From: Entomortierella parvispora E1425
Taxonomy: Eukaryota > Fungi > Mortierellomycota
Direction of reading: 5' to 3'
Length of the DNA: 64,000 nucleotides
Assembly (NCBI GenBank): GCA_020891255.1
Contig: BQFW01000011.1
Coordinates: forward strand, 248,001-312,000
Of the stretch, positions 23,905 to 34,716 are shown piece after piece (within the stretch, counting starts at the first letter, position 1; the number at the start of each line of letters is the position of its first letter). Made by a program: the position numbers and the translations under genes. The notes beneath the pieces were generated by a model, which worked only from the letters and a program-made list of their open reading frames with translations, searched no databases and was not told the origin of the DNA.

Positions 23905-24291
23905 GTGTACATAACGGATTGGTGCTGCCCCTCAAGCAGCTGCGGGTTTTCATTAACGAGCCCACGAAAGAAATGCTGTGACGCACTCCTGCGGCGTTTC
24001 AATCTGTGCTCTCTCTTTGTCATTTTCACTCGTTCACTCTCTCGATTAATCGTCACCCGTCCTTCCTCCTTCTCTGACCTTTCCCTTCGCACCCAGTCCA
24101 CTATCCCGCTCGCGGGGGTTGAACCCGGCTGCCTTCTTTTCACGCTTTCTCTCCAGTGCACCACGGTCAGCCGCCTTCTTGCTCGATCTTCCTCTCCCTC
24201 TTCTCGCCCACCTAACACTACATCCCCCATCACTTTGTTACCCTTGTCTTTCATTTCATTCCAAGAGGCCTGCCGATAGAGAGACATACAG

Positions 24292-27186
24292 TTGGATAGG
24301 CTGTTACTCATGAAATACGAACAAAGGAGAGACATATCCGTGCCCCGGATGGCGGTCGAAAAATCGAGGCGAAACACCAGTGTTACCAAGAACGGTTACA
24401 AGGGCAGCAGAGAGGTCGAGACCCAGAAATGGTTACTGGACCATGACGGTGTTGATCGCTCGGGACTTAGTGCAAACTTCGAAAATACCAAGCGCCACGT
24501 TGATCATGGTTTGAGTACGCTTTTGTCTTATGAGAATTGGGAACAATCTCTTCAAAAAAGAAACTGGCAAGTTGCAGCCTTTTACAATGACCTGCGAGCG
24601 TCGCATCTCCCTGCTCGTGAAGTCATCGTCAATCGTTTAGGCCTTCCACGTACTGTTAGGCATGCACCACAGCATCCGAAAAGCTCACAACTACACATTG
24701 TGCTTGTTAATCCACAGGGCAACTTTAACGCTGCTCAAACAGGCATTGGCGACCATGCTGATTTTGGCGGGCAACTGATTTATAATGAAAATCTTGGAAA
24801 AGCGCTCGGTCGCTTGGGAGTCAAAGTCGACATCCTAACCCGTCGTTGGGATAACGGACGATGGGGAAATCAATTCGCGGCACCGAGTGATTTTTATCCA
24901 GGCAATCCTAATGTGCGGATTTTGCGTTTTAATGCCGGCCCAACGGATTCTCGTGGAAATTACTCATTCTTGAACAAACAGGAAATCCTAAAGTATTTGG
25001 ATGAATGGGTCAGCAATGTCATCGCATTCTATAAAGCGGAGGGGGTCTTCCCTCAAGTAAGTGCGGGACACTATGCAGATGGCGGTTTGGCTTCGGTATT
25101 GTTGCAAGAGGAGGCAGGCATACGGGTGGGAACGTTCACCATGCACAGTGGCGGTGCTCAAAAAATGGACGCCTTTCTTCCCAGAGACATTGATCTTCAG
25201 GAACGGCCACTTTCTCAAGATGCTAGCTTTGCAAAGTTTCGCTTTGATCAGCGTATCGCGGCTGAACGTCTAGCCATTGAAACTGCACAGCACATAGTAA
25301 CTAGCACTGGTGAGGAGGTCAGAAACCAGTATGGTCACTTTTTGTACTCGGATGTCATCGATTTAAAAACAAAAAAGGACGACAAGCTTTTTCACGTCAT
25401 ACCCCCTGGAATTGATAACGACATCTTTAGCCCTGATGCGATCTCTGAGGTCCACGCGCAGACAGTTTCCTTTATTGTGGCGTCCATCGAGCACGACATT
25501 CCTCTGGAGCGGCGTGGTCTACCCATTGTCTTGGTGGCGGGTCGACTCGATGCCAAAAAAAATCAGATTGCGACGGTGCGCGCTTTTGCTGAGACACGCG
25601 AGTTACGTCAGAGTGCCAATTTGATGTTGATGCTTACCGGCGGACGCGAAGCATTTGATAACCCAGGCGCCGCTTTTCCCAGCGAACAGCAGGCGGCTGA
25701 GAAGACGATCGCGGAGAAGATCAAAAAAGTGCTTGATCAAGGTAATATGAGGGGCGACTGTGTGATTGTGCCTGGCTTGAACAATACACAAAAAGAGATT
25801 GCCGCGGCCTACAATTATATCGCGAGCCCAGAAATACGGGGAGTTTTCTGCCATGCAGCGCTCCATGAGCCATTTGGCCTGATGCCTCTCGAAGCCGCTG
25901 CCTGCGGACTGCCAGTGGTGGTGACTAAAAATGGTGGGCCGAAAGAAATCTTTCAGAGCGTTGACGGTGAAGAATTCTGTGTTTTTATCGACCCACAACT
26001 ACCTTCAGATATTGCAAAAGGTCTACTACAGGCACTCGTGCCTGAAAAATGGGTGCAGTTACAAAAGAGTGCACTCAGCCGCGTGGCAGATCGTTTCAGT
26101 TGGAATACCACGGCCAGAGAATATTTGAGACTCATGCTCAATACCATTGCCCGCAGCCCCACTGGAGGCCATCCTAAGGCTGACCATGTACGTGCGGTAT
26201 GCTTTGCGCCTTATCCATTGCTCGCCGAATTTACTCGAGCTCCACTGTATGCTAAACTGGAAGCAAGTCGTAGGAGCCTTGGGTCATGGGCCCTTCTGGG
26301 GGCTTTCGATGTCGACTATACAATGTATCATCCTAAGACAGGCGCTGCAGAATCGGCGGCATTGGCCAGGTTGCTGGACGATCACTCCATGACATTGTGC
26401 TATGTGACTGGGGCAGAGGTTAGCCAGGTACTGGCACGCGTTGAACGAGGAGAGTTGCCCATGCCAGACGCTATATGTTCATCAGTCGGTACACGAATGT
26501 ATCTACATCTTGGAAACGGGATGTTTGTGCTCGACCAAGAGTTGCAGGATACCTTCAGGCAGCGTGGTTTCGATAAGGAATTATTATTAAGAGTGTCACA
26601 GGAGCTAGCGGTCAAGCACGGCTTGTCTACTTTTATTCAGCAGCCCGGCAACAGCGGCGATGAACAAGCATTCAAACTTAGCTTCCATTTTTTGGGTAAT
26701 CCTTCTGAGACCGGCCAAGGTCTTGAAGCGGTACGGGAAGCTTTTGCGCAAAGGCTGTCCCAGTTGGGCATCATGTGCAAAGTCGTGGTGTGTGAAGAGG
26801 TGGCATATAACAGGGATTTAACCACTTATCAGGCGAAGAAGTTCTGTCTGGACTTGGTACCGGAAACCAAAGAATTTCCCATCCATCAATTATTAGAAAA
26901 GGTGCCGCGGGTTTGTGTCCTCACGGCAGGAGATAGCGGCAATGACATTGGGTTGTTGTGTGATGTGCAAGTGCCTGGAATTTCGGTAGTCGTTGGAAAT
27001 GCCCACCACGATTTGATCAGCATGGTGCATGCCCGTACTGCAGAAACCAAAAATCCGGCGCAGCGGGTTCTCAAATTGGCCACTGGTGTTCAACGTACCG
27101 TTTATTTTCCAGAAGCATCGAATCTTGGCCCTGCAAGCGTCGCCAAAGGTGTCGAGCTATTGCTTTCTTCAAGAGAGTTTTATTGA
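24292..27186 (+). CDS. Bacterial-type sucrose-phosphate synthase-like GT4 glycosyltransferase fused to a sucrose-phosphate phosphatase-like HAD domain (964 aa, intronless; exact start uncertain)
   Basis: GT domain: HIVLVNPQGNF..DHADFGGQLIY..LGVKVDILTRR, HYADGG, FTMHSGGAQK, RIAAER, QYGH, FHVIPPGID, GRLDAKKN, HEPFGLMPLEAAACGLPVVVTKNGGP, FSWNTTAREY. HAD domain: FDVDYT (26308), YVTG, PDAICSSVGT, FKLSF, LDLVPETK, AGDSGND (26929). Confidence 0.88.
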   Translation: MDRLLLMKYEQRRDISVPRMAVEKSRRNTSVTKNGYKGSREVETQKWLLDHDGVDRSGLSANFENTKRHVDHGLSTLLSYENWEQSLQKRNWQVAAFYNDLRASHLPAREVIVNRLGLPRTVRHAPQHPKSSQLHIVLVNPQGNFNAAQTGIGDHADFGGQLIYNENLGKALGRLGVKVDILTRRWDNGRWGNQFAAPSDFYPGNPNVRILRFNAGPTDSRGNYSFLNKQEILKYLDEWVSNVIAFYKAEGVFPQVSAGHYADGGLASVLLQEEAGIRVGTFTMHSGGAQKMDAFLPRDIDLQERPLSQDASFAKFRFDQRIAAERLAIETAQHIVTSTGEEVRNQYGHFLYSDVIDLKTKKDDKLFHVIPPGIDNDIFSPDAISEVHAQTVSFIVASIEHDIPLERRGLPIVLVAGRLDAKKNQIATVRAFAETRELRQSANLMLMLTGGREAFDNPGAAFPSEQQAAEKTIAEKIKKVLDQGNMRGDCVIVPGLNNTQKEIAAAYNYIASPEIRGVFCHAALHEPFGLMPLEAAACGLPVVVTKNGGPKEIFQSVDGEEFCVFIDPQLPSDIAKGLLQALVPEKWVQLQKSALSRVADRFSWNTTAREYLRLMLNTIARSPTGGHPKADHVRAVCFAPYPLLAEFTRAPLYAKLEASRRSLGSWALLGAFDVDYTMYHPKTGAAESAALARLLDDHSMTLCYVTGAEVSQVLARVERGELPMPDAICSSVGTRMYLHLGNGMFVLDQELQDTFRQRGFDKELLLRVSQELAVKHGLSTFIQQPGNSGDEQAFKLSFHFLGNPSETGQGLEAVREAFAQRLSQLGIMCKVVVCEEVAYNRDLTTYQAKKFCLDLVPETKEFPIHQLLEKVPRVCVLTAGDSGNDIGLLCDVQVPGISVVVGNAHHDLISMVHARTAETKNPAQRVLKLATGVQRTVYFPEASNLGPASVAKGVELLLSSREFY

Positions 27187-27751
27187 ATTTCTCTGATATT
27201 GTTGTCTTCGGAAGAAGGAGAGAGAGTATGATTGACAGGTAAGCAGTTTGAACGTGAGTGCCCAACGCACAAAGGAGCGCGACACATCCATTCCCAGTCC
27301 TGTTAATCAAACCTGCCGCGTCTCAAATGTGCCCCGTCCTTTGTTTTCACGTAGGGCATCAAGTCACCCTCAAGATGCCAACAAGGCTGCCCGTATGCCA
27401 CCGTCTCAGCAGCCGTAATCTCTCCAACATCTCCAGTTTGAGCCGTGTAGTCACCGTATTGCGATTGTAGGGAGAAAGAAGTACCAATAGATGGAGAGAG
27501 AAAATAGGTCAGCCATTAAACAATCGTCCTACAAGTCAAATTCTATGGCCTTGCAAGGGACAGACCTGGTCCAAAACGCCCAGGTGGATACGTATGTAGG
27601 GCATTCATTTACCGCCGCGTGCTTGAGTTTCAAAAAAAAAATCGCTAAGCCCGCTTCCCACGCACACATTCCAGGGAAAAGAGATTTGCTGATCGACTGT
27701 GCACCGAGATTTATTGATCCGCCAACAATGCCCCACAGTACGTCCCGGGCG

Positions 27752-29823
27752 TTACACATAGAACCTCTTCTCCAAATCCTTGATCACCTCCATCCATGGC
27801 GTAATTATTTTCCGGAAGAGTTCACGGATTTCCCTTTTGGTGCTTTCGTAAGGAGCACTATCTCCTGGTGATGCCTTGAACCAGAAGAATTCTGTGTGTG
27901 TCATCCGATCGCCCCCATGTTGGCACGAAATGTCATACTGATTCGCTACAAAAATTGTATGCACGATCTTCTCCAGCAGGTACACAAAACCAAGGCGGTC
28001 ATGATCATGCTTGGTCAAACTTAGGAGTTCCTTGAGAGTGACCTCGGGGAAAGTACAAAGCGGCAATAATTTGACTTTGCAGCTGGTTTTGTACATCGCA
28101 AGAAAGCGGTCTGCGAGTTGTCCTGAATATCCTATTTTGAACCCAACACTTGAATGGAAGTCTTTGGGTGACCAGGAGAAAATTATTATGTTAAAAATAA
28201 TAGCCACACGTGTCTGATGCAAAACTTCAATTCAGTGGTAGGATACGGTACCTTCAATAAACCGCACATCATTAGCCCTAATATCCTCTTTGCATTCCAT
28301 GATATAAACATGTCCTTTTCTGAGACATTCCTCGCGAAGCTTTTGTTGTTTTTTTTTCGTAAATGATCCAATGCCTTCTCGGCCGTCCCCGGAGCTAAGA
28401 AATTGAAAATATGAACAAATAACAGTTCTTAAATTCTTCTTAATTGAAGTATCAAAGTACCCTGTCAAGTCTACATGAAGGTCAGGCCAGTGCTTCAATG
28501 ACATACATTACCACATTACCTCTATTAGGCATAGCATCTTACTCGTACACACAATTGGAAATTACCGTTGAACTTTTCGGCTGTAATGATGGTTTCCTCT
28601 CTCCCTGCAAAGTTGAAAGTAAGGTCTTTGTACTCTCTCCCTTCTTTCTGATCCTTCAAAAGGATGGAGGAGCTTACTTCGAGTCGGGCCAGTAAGGAAG
28701 CAGGCATACCGAAACGATAGAGGTGTCCACGTTGAAGCATGCTTCGTCTGTGTCTAAAGCATAGATAGCCCCATTCGTCCTGCAGAGAGTGCCTCAAACT
28801 ATGGCTTTGTTCCTTGCATCGAATCCCGTCTTTGGAGAACGAGGTACATGTCACTTGCCGGGATTCGCCTTTGCAGTGGAGCTCACAGAAGTCGCCTCTC
28901 TTGGAAACTTTGACGATGCATGAGATACCATTGAGATATGTTCCGCAGCAAAATATACCACTGGTGGCCCTCGGCTCTTGCTGCGCCCTTGGAACTCCTC
29001 TCCTTTCGTCAAAAGATTTGGCCGATAGCGATAAGTCGATGTTTTGAGCTAATACATTCAGATCAATTACTCCATTGACCAAAAGTCCTGGACACCAGGG
29101 CTCAAACCATCGATCACTCCCAGGCACAGGCAACTCTTCAGGAGCGTCATGGGTGAAATTTGAAAAATTGCTGACATTGCTGACTTCTGGTCCGCCTCGT
29201 TTCACAGACTCAACTCCGGCTTGGTTTGGTGATTTGGTTGCAAAAGTCGTCGAGATGTCACCAGGAAAGCCCTCATCGTCAGAATCAGAATCGGATAAAA
29301 CTATGACATTGCTGCTGCTGCTAAGAAGTTTCAGTCTGCTCTGATCCATAGACTCAACTCCAGTTCGATTTGATGACTGCGCTGCAAAAGCTGTCGAGAT
29401 GTCAGTAGGAAAGCTCTCGTCGTCATAATCCGAGTCGGATATAACTATAATAGTGTTGCTGCTGTTGTTGTTATCCGTGTTGCTCTTTGACTTTTGCGGT
29501 ACAGAATCAATTACTTGGATACTGTCATCCGATGGCTCTTTTAGTGGTGGTGCCACCACAGCAGCGGGTATCGGTTTGGCGATTTGGTGGGCTGCACTCT
29601 GAGACTGACGTCGAAAGATTGGTTGGACAAATAAAGCATGGCCGCTGACATATCCCTTGTCGCCCTTGGCCAAGCGCAGTGTTCGATTGATCCTCTTTTC
29701 CTCGTCATTCACGAACACATCGATATATCTGCGAATGTTCATGTAGTTGGGCTTTTTGGGCCAAGCTTGGGCATCGCAAAAGGCCTTTTCCGGGAGGGCG
29801 AAGTAAAAAGGTTTGAAAAGCAA
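27752..29823 (-). CDS. Spliced gene for a T5orf172/MUG113 (GIY-YIG-like) domain protein with upstream Cys/His zinc-finger-like motifs and a Ser/Asp-rich linker; exon limits and start approximate
   Basis: Three minus-strand ORFs in order: CCGTYLNGISC..FCELHC..CTSFSKDGIRC..LCFRH; KGHVYIME; FKIGYSGQLADRF..LEKIVH..C..HTEFF. A plausible GT-AG junction separates the last two. Confidence 0.65.
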
Positions 29824-31383
29824 GGTTATGACGCGTCCTGATTGGCCGATATTTTCACGAATCGAAACTCAAAACTTTCTGTCCCAGCGGCTGCACTCAC
29901 CTCCCAAGAACCAGCCTCAACGGCCACTTCCGTGAGTGCCTTGATATGTCGAGATCTTCGGCGGCGATGCTTCCTGTCTTTACTTTTTTCTAATGATGAC
30001 CCTTTCCCGGCTTTCATGTCGCTGTGATAGAACTCAGGTGGTTAGATGAGAGATTGAGAGAGTCTAAACACCAAAAATGAAAAATGAGGTCTATTATCAA
30101 GACTGCTGGAGGAAAGCCATTACATGCAGATCGGTGTGAAGAGATTCGATGAGGGTACTGAGCGATAAAAAAAAAACAAGAAGGCGAAAGAGGTGTTCAT
30201 GAGAACTCTGGATGGAAATAGATCGTGGAAAGATGGAAGAATGGATGCAACGAAGCGCAAAGGACCTTTGGGCTTTGGCATGGTTGGTTTCTTTATTTCC
30301 AGTGTTGGTAGGAAATAAACAAATGTGGATGCGATCCACTTCCGCACATTAATGGTGCCCTGTTGCACTCGCATGTATGCTCATCACTTGCCCACTTCCA
30401 CATTCTCCGTTCCCCGCCATCGTTCATCCTGTTTAAATCCATTGTTCACTTTATTGGGAACATCGCGCGAATTAGATGACATCATCGCAAACAAGTGCAT
30501 GTCTCCCTTGCGATAGAATCCATCAACAAACACAGTCCAGCCGTATCAAACGAATATATGACTTGGCGAATGAACCTGACCACCCAACAGACAACCTCTA
30601 TGACATCTTTGAACGTCCTTGCGCAGCAGCAAGAAAGCGCGACGAACCAGTATATTGGTGACGTTTCTTCGTGTAACCCCCCTCCCCCATTGAGCCACCG
30701 CAGGCGCGCCAAGATAGACCAGTCATCATGTTCTGGCGCATCGGCGAAAGAACGCCCCGCTGCTCCTGCACGTTTACCTTTTCCAGCCCTGTCCTGCATG
30801 TTGGCTTGATCGCAACGCGGATACGATCCGGCCCTTCGGATACGATCCGGTCATTTCTACAAGCGCAAGGCATCTGAAAACACTCTCTTCACCAAGAAGT
30901 TGACAAAGCAGCCCACACTATCCAGCTGCACTAGCGGGCGGGCAGAGTAGAATAGTATCTTAGATCGTATCCATTCCTCCCGGCAAATCCAGGGCAGACA
31001 GCCCACCAAGAGCGTGCTGAATCCTGTTATTTTCAGCATTCGCCGGGCATGTCATTTCACTTGACACCACAAGGTGTGTGTACGGCAAGGGAACATCTGG
31101 ATAAGGTAAGATCTTGCCTCGCGCCAAGGGAGGTACAAGGATCATAGCGCAGGCGCGTACATCCACCACTGCGCCCAGGCTATAAATAGTGTGTTGGCTT
31201 GAGACACTTTGTTGCTCGCTGGCTGTGGTGGCTCAGCGAAATCCAATGTGACGCTAGCTCGGTACGATCTCTGGGGACTTCGTGACTCCGGGGAAAAAAA
31301 AATAGGGTAGAATATAAAAGACAAGGTGCATTCCCCCAATCTCTGTCTTCACTTTTTTTCAATCGTTTCAGTTCTCCATTCTC

Positions 31384-31451
31384 CTCTCCTCTCACTCGTC
31401 CTCTCCTCTCACTCGTCCTCTCCTCTCACTCGTCCTCTCCTCTCACTCGTC
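31384..31451. repeat. 17-bp tandem repeat x4 in the 5' region of the hydrolase gene
   Basis: CTCTCCTCTCACTCGTC at 31384, 31401, 31418 and 31435. Confidence 0.9.
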
Positions 31452-31463
31452 CTCTGTTCTAAG

Positions 31464-32851
31464 ATGAAAGCTATCAAAACTTGTATCTTCCTCATCTGTG
31501 CCAGCGCTTGTTTGGTAAGAGACAACTCCTCGCAAAGAATAGTATTGCCACAAATCTTCCTCTTCTAACTCTGCTATAGGCAGCCGTTGTTCCTGACTTG
31601 CACAGACGGTCCCAAGATGACACTACTCCAAAGGACCCCATGTATCAATTGAATGACGATCCCGACTTCCACTACGAACTTCTTCGTATCTTGGGGCTAG
31701 CGCCATACGAAGGGTCCGATATCGGCGAGGTTCTCGTCGCCGCAAAGAAGATCAAGCCGACTGACATGCCGAGCTTCGCCGATGCATTTATTGAGCTTTC
31801 TGCTCACGCACATGACGTTGCAAAAGGTATCGATTCACACAAATTTCCAATCTCTGCGCGCAATGCTCTCTTCAAGACGGCCACCTACTACCGCTCGGCC
31901 GACTTTATGTTACATGGCAACTGGTCCGATCCTCGAATCAACTCGCTCTGGAAGAAACACAGGGCTACCTTTGATGCTGCTCTCGCACTGATGCCCATTC
32001 CGGGAAGACGCGTTACCTTGCCTTCCAAGGATGGCAAATTTACTGTCCCGGCCATCTTCTACAGTAGTGGCTCCTCCAAGAAAAGACCCACAATTATCAT
32101 GTGCAATGGCTACGACGGTGCGCAGGAAGAATTGTACCACGTCTTCGCCCAAGCAGCCCTTCAGAGGGACATCAACATCATTACATATGAGGGACCTGGG
32201 CAGCCAACTGTCCGAAGAGAGCAGAACCTCGGCTTCATTCCAAATTGGGAAGATGCTGCAAGCCCAGTAATCGACTATGCCCTCACACTTCCGCAGGTAG
32301 ACCCCAAGTCCATCGCACTCCTCGGATACTCTCTTGGAGGCTATCTCGCAACAAGAGTGGCTGCTTTTGACCATCGCGTCGCAGCCGTTTTCGCCATTGA
32401 CGGAATCTACGACTATGGCAAGACACTGACCGACCCTCTCGACCCCCTGCTCAAGCAGCTCTTCGATGACGGCAAGAAGGATGAATTCGACGATATCTTC
32501 AATAACCATATCATTTCAAACACCAGCATTCCTACATCCGTGCGTTGGGCTATGCAACAAGGGCTTTGGTCATTCCGCACCCACAGCCCTTTTGAGTACT
32601 ACACTCTTGCGCAGGCGTACAGTCTGGTTGGTTTGACAGACAAAGTCAAGGCACCTGTCTTCGTTGGTGATGCCGAGAACGATATTTACTTCCCTGGCCA
32701 GGCAAAGAGCCTTGCCGCGCATCTTGGGAACAAGGCAACGCTCTTTGAATTCAAGGCAAATGATGGCGCCGGGGCACATTGCGGTGTTGGCGCGAATGTG
32801 TATTTGAATCAAGTTATTCTGGACTGGTTTGACGGCGTTTTGAAACACTAG
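31464..32851 (+). CDS. Secreted alpha/beta hydrolase (FrsA / 2,6-dihydropseudooxynicotine hydrolase-like), 440 aa; exons 31464-31514 and 31580-32851
   Basis: Signal-peptide exon MKAIKTCIFLICASACL and a GTAAGA..TAG intron joining in frame. Motifs NGYDG, YEGPGQ, nucleophile GYSLGGY, His in GAGAHCG. Confidence 0.88.
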
Positions 32852-34716
32852 AAAATAGATGCTTGGATCCCACGATCTATGTCAATAAACTTGCAGCCAA
32901 TATCAAATGACGAGAAATCACACTCTTTTGAGCAACATTACTTGACCAGTTGACCGATTCTTAACTGCATTCGACAGACACCACCGTCGAAAACACTGGC
33001 TACAGGCCTCTAGTCTCTCGGATGGAAATAGGGGAGGCGGTAAAAGAGAAGTGCGTTTGTGAAGAGTACTACGTCAGTGGAATGTAAACAGAATGCCCCA
33101 CTGAAACGGGCCTCCCTTTTTTTAGTCGCAATTGGCACGTCTATAGCGCTCAGGACTCTCACGCCCACAACCCTTTCAGCATCCCGCCTTTTTACCCTCT
33201 TCCACCCTGCAACATTTTCCACTCACACCCCAGGACAAACAACCCCAGGACAACACGCAACGTGTGGGTTAAGGCCATTTGATGTTGAGTTGAAGTCGAC
33301 TTATGAGTCAGGCAAAAGTCTATGTCGCACATCCCGAGATCCTCCCACTACCCTGACAAAGCAATGCTTGACGATCACAGAGGCCATTTATTCCTTGACG
33401 AAATCCAGTGTCGGTCGTAGAGGCCAGGTACAGACTGCTGCCGTGCGATATTTTCGTCCAAAGGTGGCCATGTTGGACTCAACTGCGTTACTCTTAGTTT
33501 ATTAATAACTGAGGAAAATTCTAAGGCGCTACCAGCTCCATGGAAAAGCCCGCCAGCCTTGTAGCTTAATAGAATCGCCCCCTCTGTCCGCTCTCACACC
33601 TCCTCCATTTCGGGGAGAGGCAGCTGGAGTTCCTCACCAATTCCGCCCTCAACAATGGGATCTTGTCTTCGCCCAAAGAGGTCTACGTACAAGTGGTAGT
33701 AATGCACAGCGGGATCAAGTTCAAGGTGAACTGAGACTAAATCATAGTTCCCGAATCCCAGTCTGAATAGATCTCTCCTCTGAGGTGACTCTGGGGGTGC
33801 AGTGATACCGTTCTGGTAGAAGGGATATCGTGAAGGTGGGGACTGCTGCATGGAGGGCTGTCTTTTTTTTTTTTGTTTGTTTGTTTGAGGAGGCGGACGC
33901 TGTCAATGTAACGGACAAGGGCGACGAAGTTCCTCTTTGATGTAGTCTGGAGCAGTGGACAACTTGTTCTGAAGAATGGATATTGAGGGCGATCGCTGTC
34001 AGGAACAAGGACAAGAGCGGGCTTCAATGGATATATTGGAGTTGTAGACTGATGAGGGAAAGAAAGTGAGCTGCGAGTCCATTTTATGAGGGGTTACAGG
34101 TGCAGAAGGTGAAGGCTTAATCCCCGCCAAGACAGATGAATCAGTGCCAAGCCGGAAGAGCAACACCCAAAACAGGGTTGAATGGCGCATGCTCAAAAAC
34201 TTCTCATGTGGGTGCTGTCTGGCTCGCGTGTGTAACATGAAGAGTGGTTTTGCCCTGCTTCTCTTCGATACGGAACTCTAAAAAGTCCAAAGTAGAACTA
34301 TTATTCTTTCGCACGCTCGACTGGTGCAGCTTTTGACCTTTTTTTTTGTTCTGGGGAGGGAGTGGTTCATTCTTCACCAGAGAAAACTGTCTAGCACTAT
34401 AGCAAACATCCCTTGGAGAATAAGAAAAGCAGGATGATTAAACGTAGCCGGCAATGGCATTTGCCTGTTTACCTCGTGCAGATGTGAATATCACTGCAGA
34501 GCCAGTTCTCGCGTGGTAGGAATGTTGAAAAATAATGACATCGTACCAAACAAGAGCAAAAAATATATCAGCAAAAGATCTGTTCACATAGAGAGCATCC
34601 ATGGTAAGGCAGAGGAATGAAGCTATCACGAGTGTGTCGTGGAAACCGGGGATGAACCCCATACGAGGGAGGGAGTAGGATATTCACTCTTACTGTTTTA
34701 CTGAAGAAAAAAAACA

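Noticed and set aside
24292-27186. Whole-window bacterial contamination as the explanation for the SPS-like gene
   Set aside because: Immediate neighbours include spliced genes and eukaryotic DNA transposons, with no operon structure. A local chimera still needs a long-read check.
30100-31050. Possible Tc1/mariner transposase relic (W.SDE-like string on the minus strand)
   Set aside because: The similarity is too short and broken to support by eye, and no TIRs were found.
33250-34660. Short coding-like fragments between the hydrolase and CotH genes
   Set aside because: Multiple stops in all frames and no family motifs.
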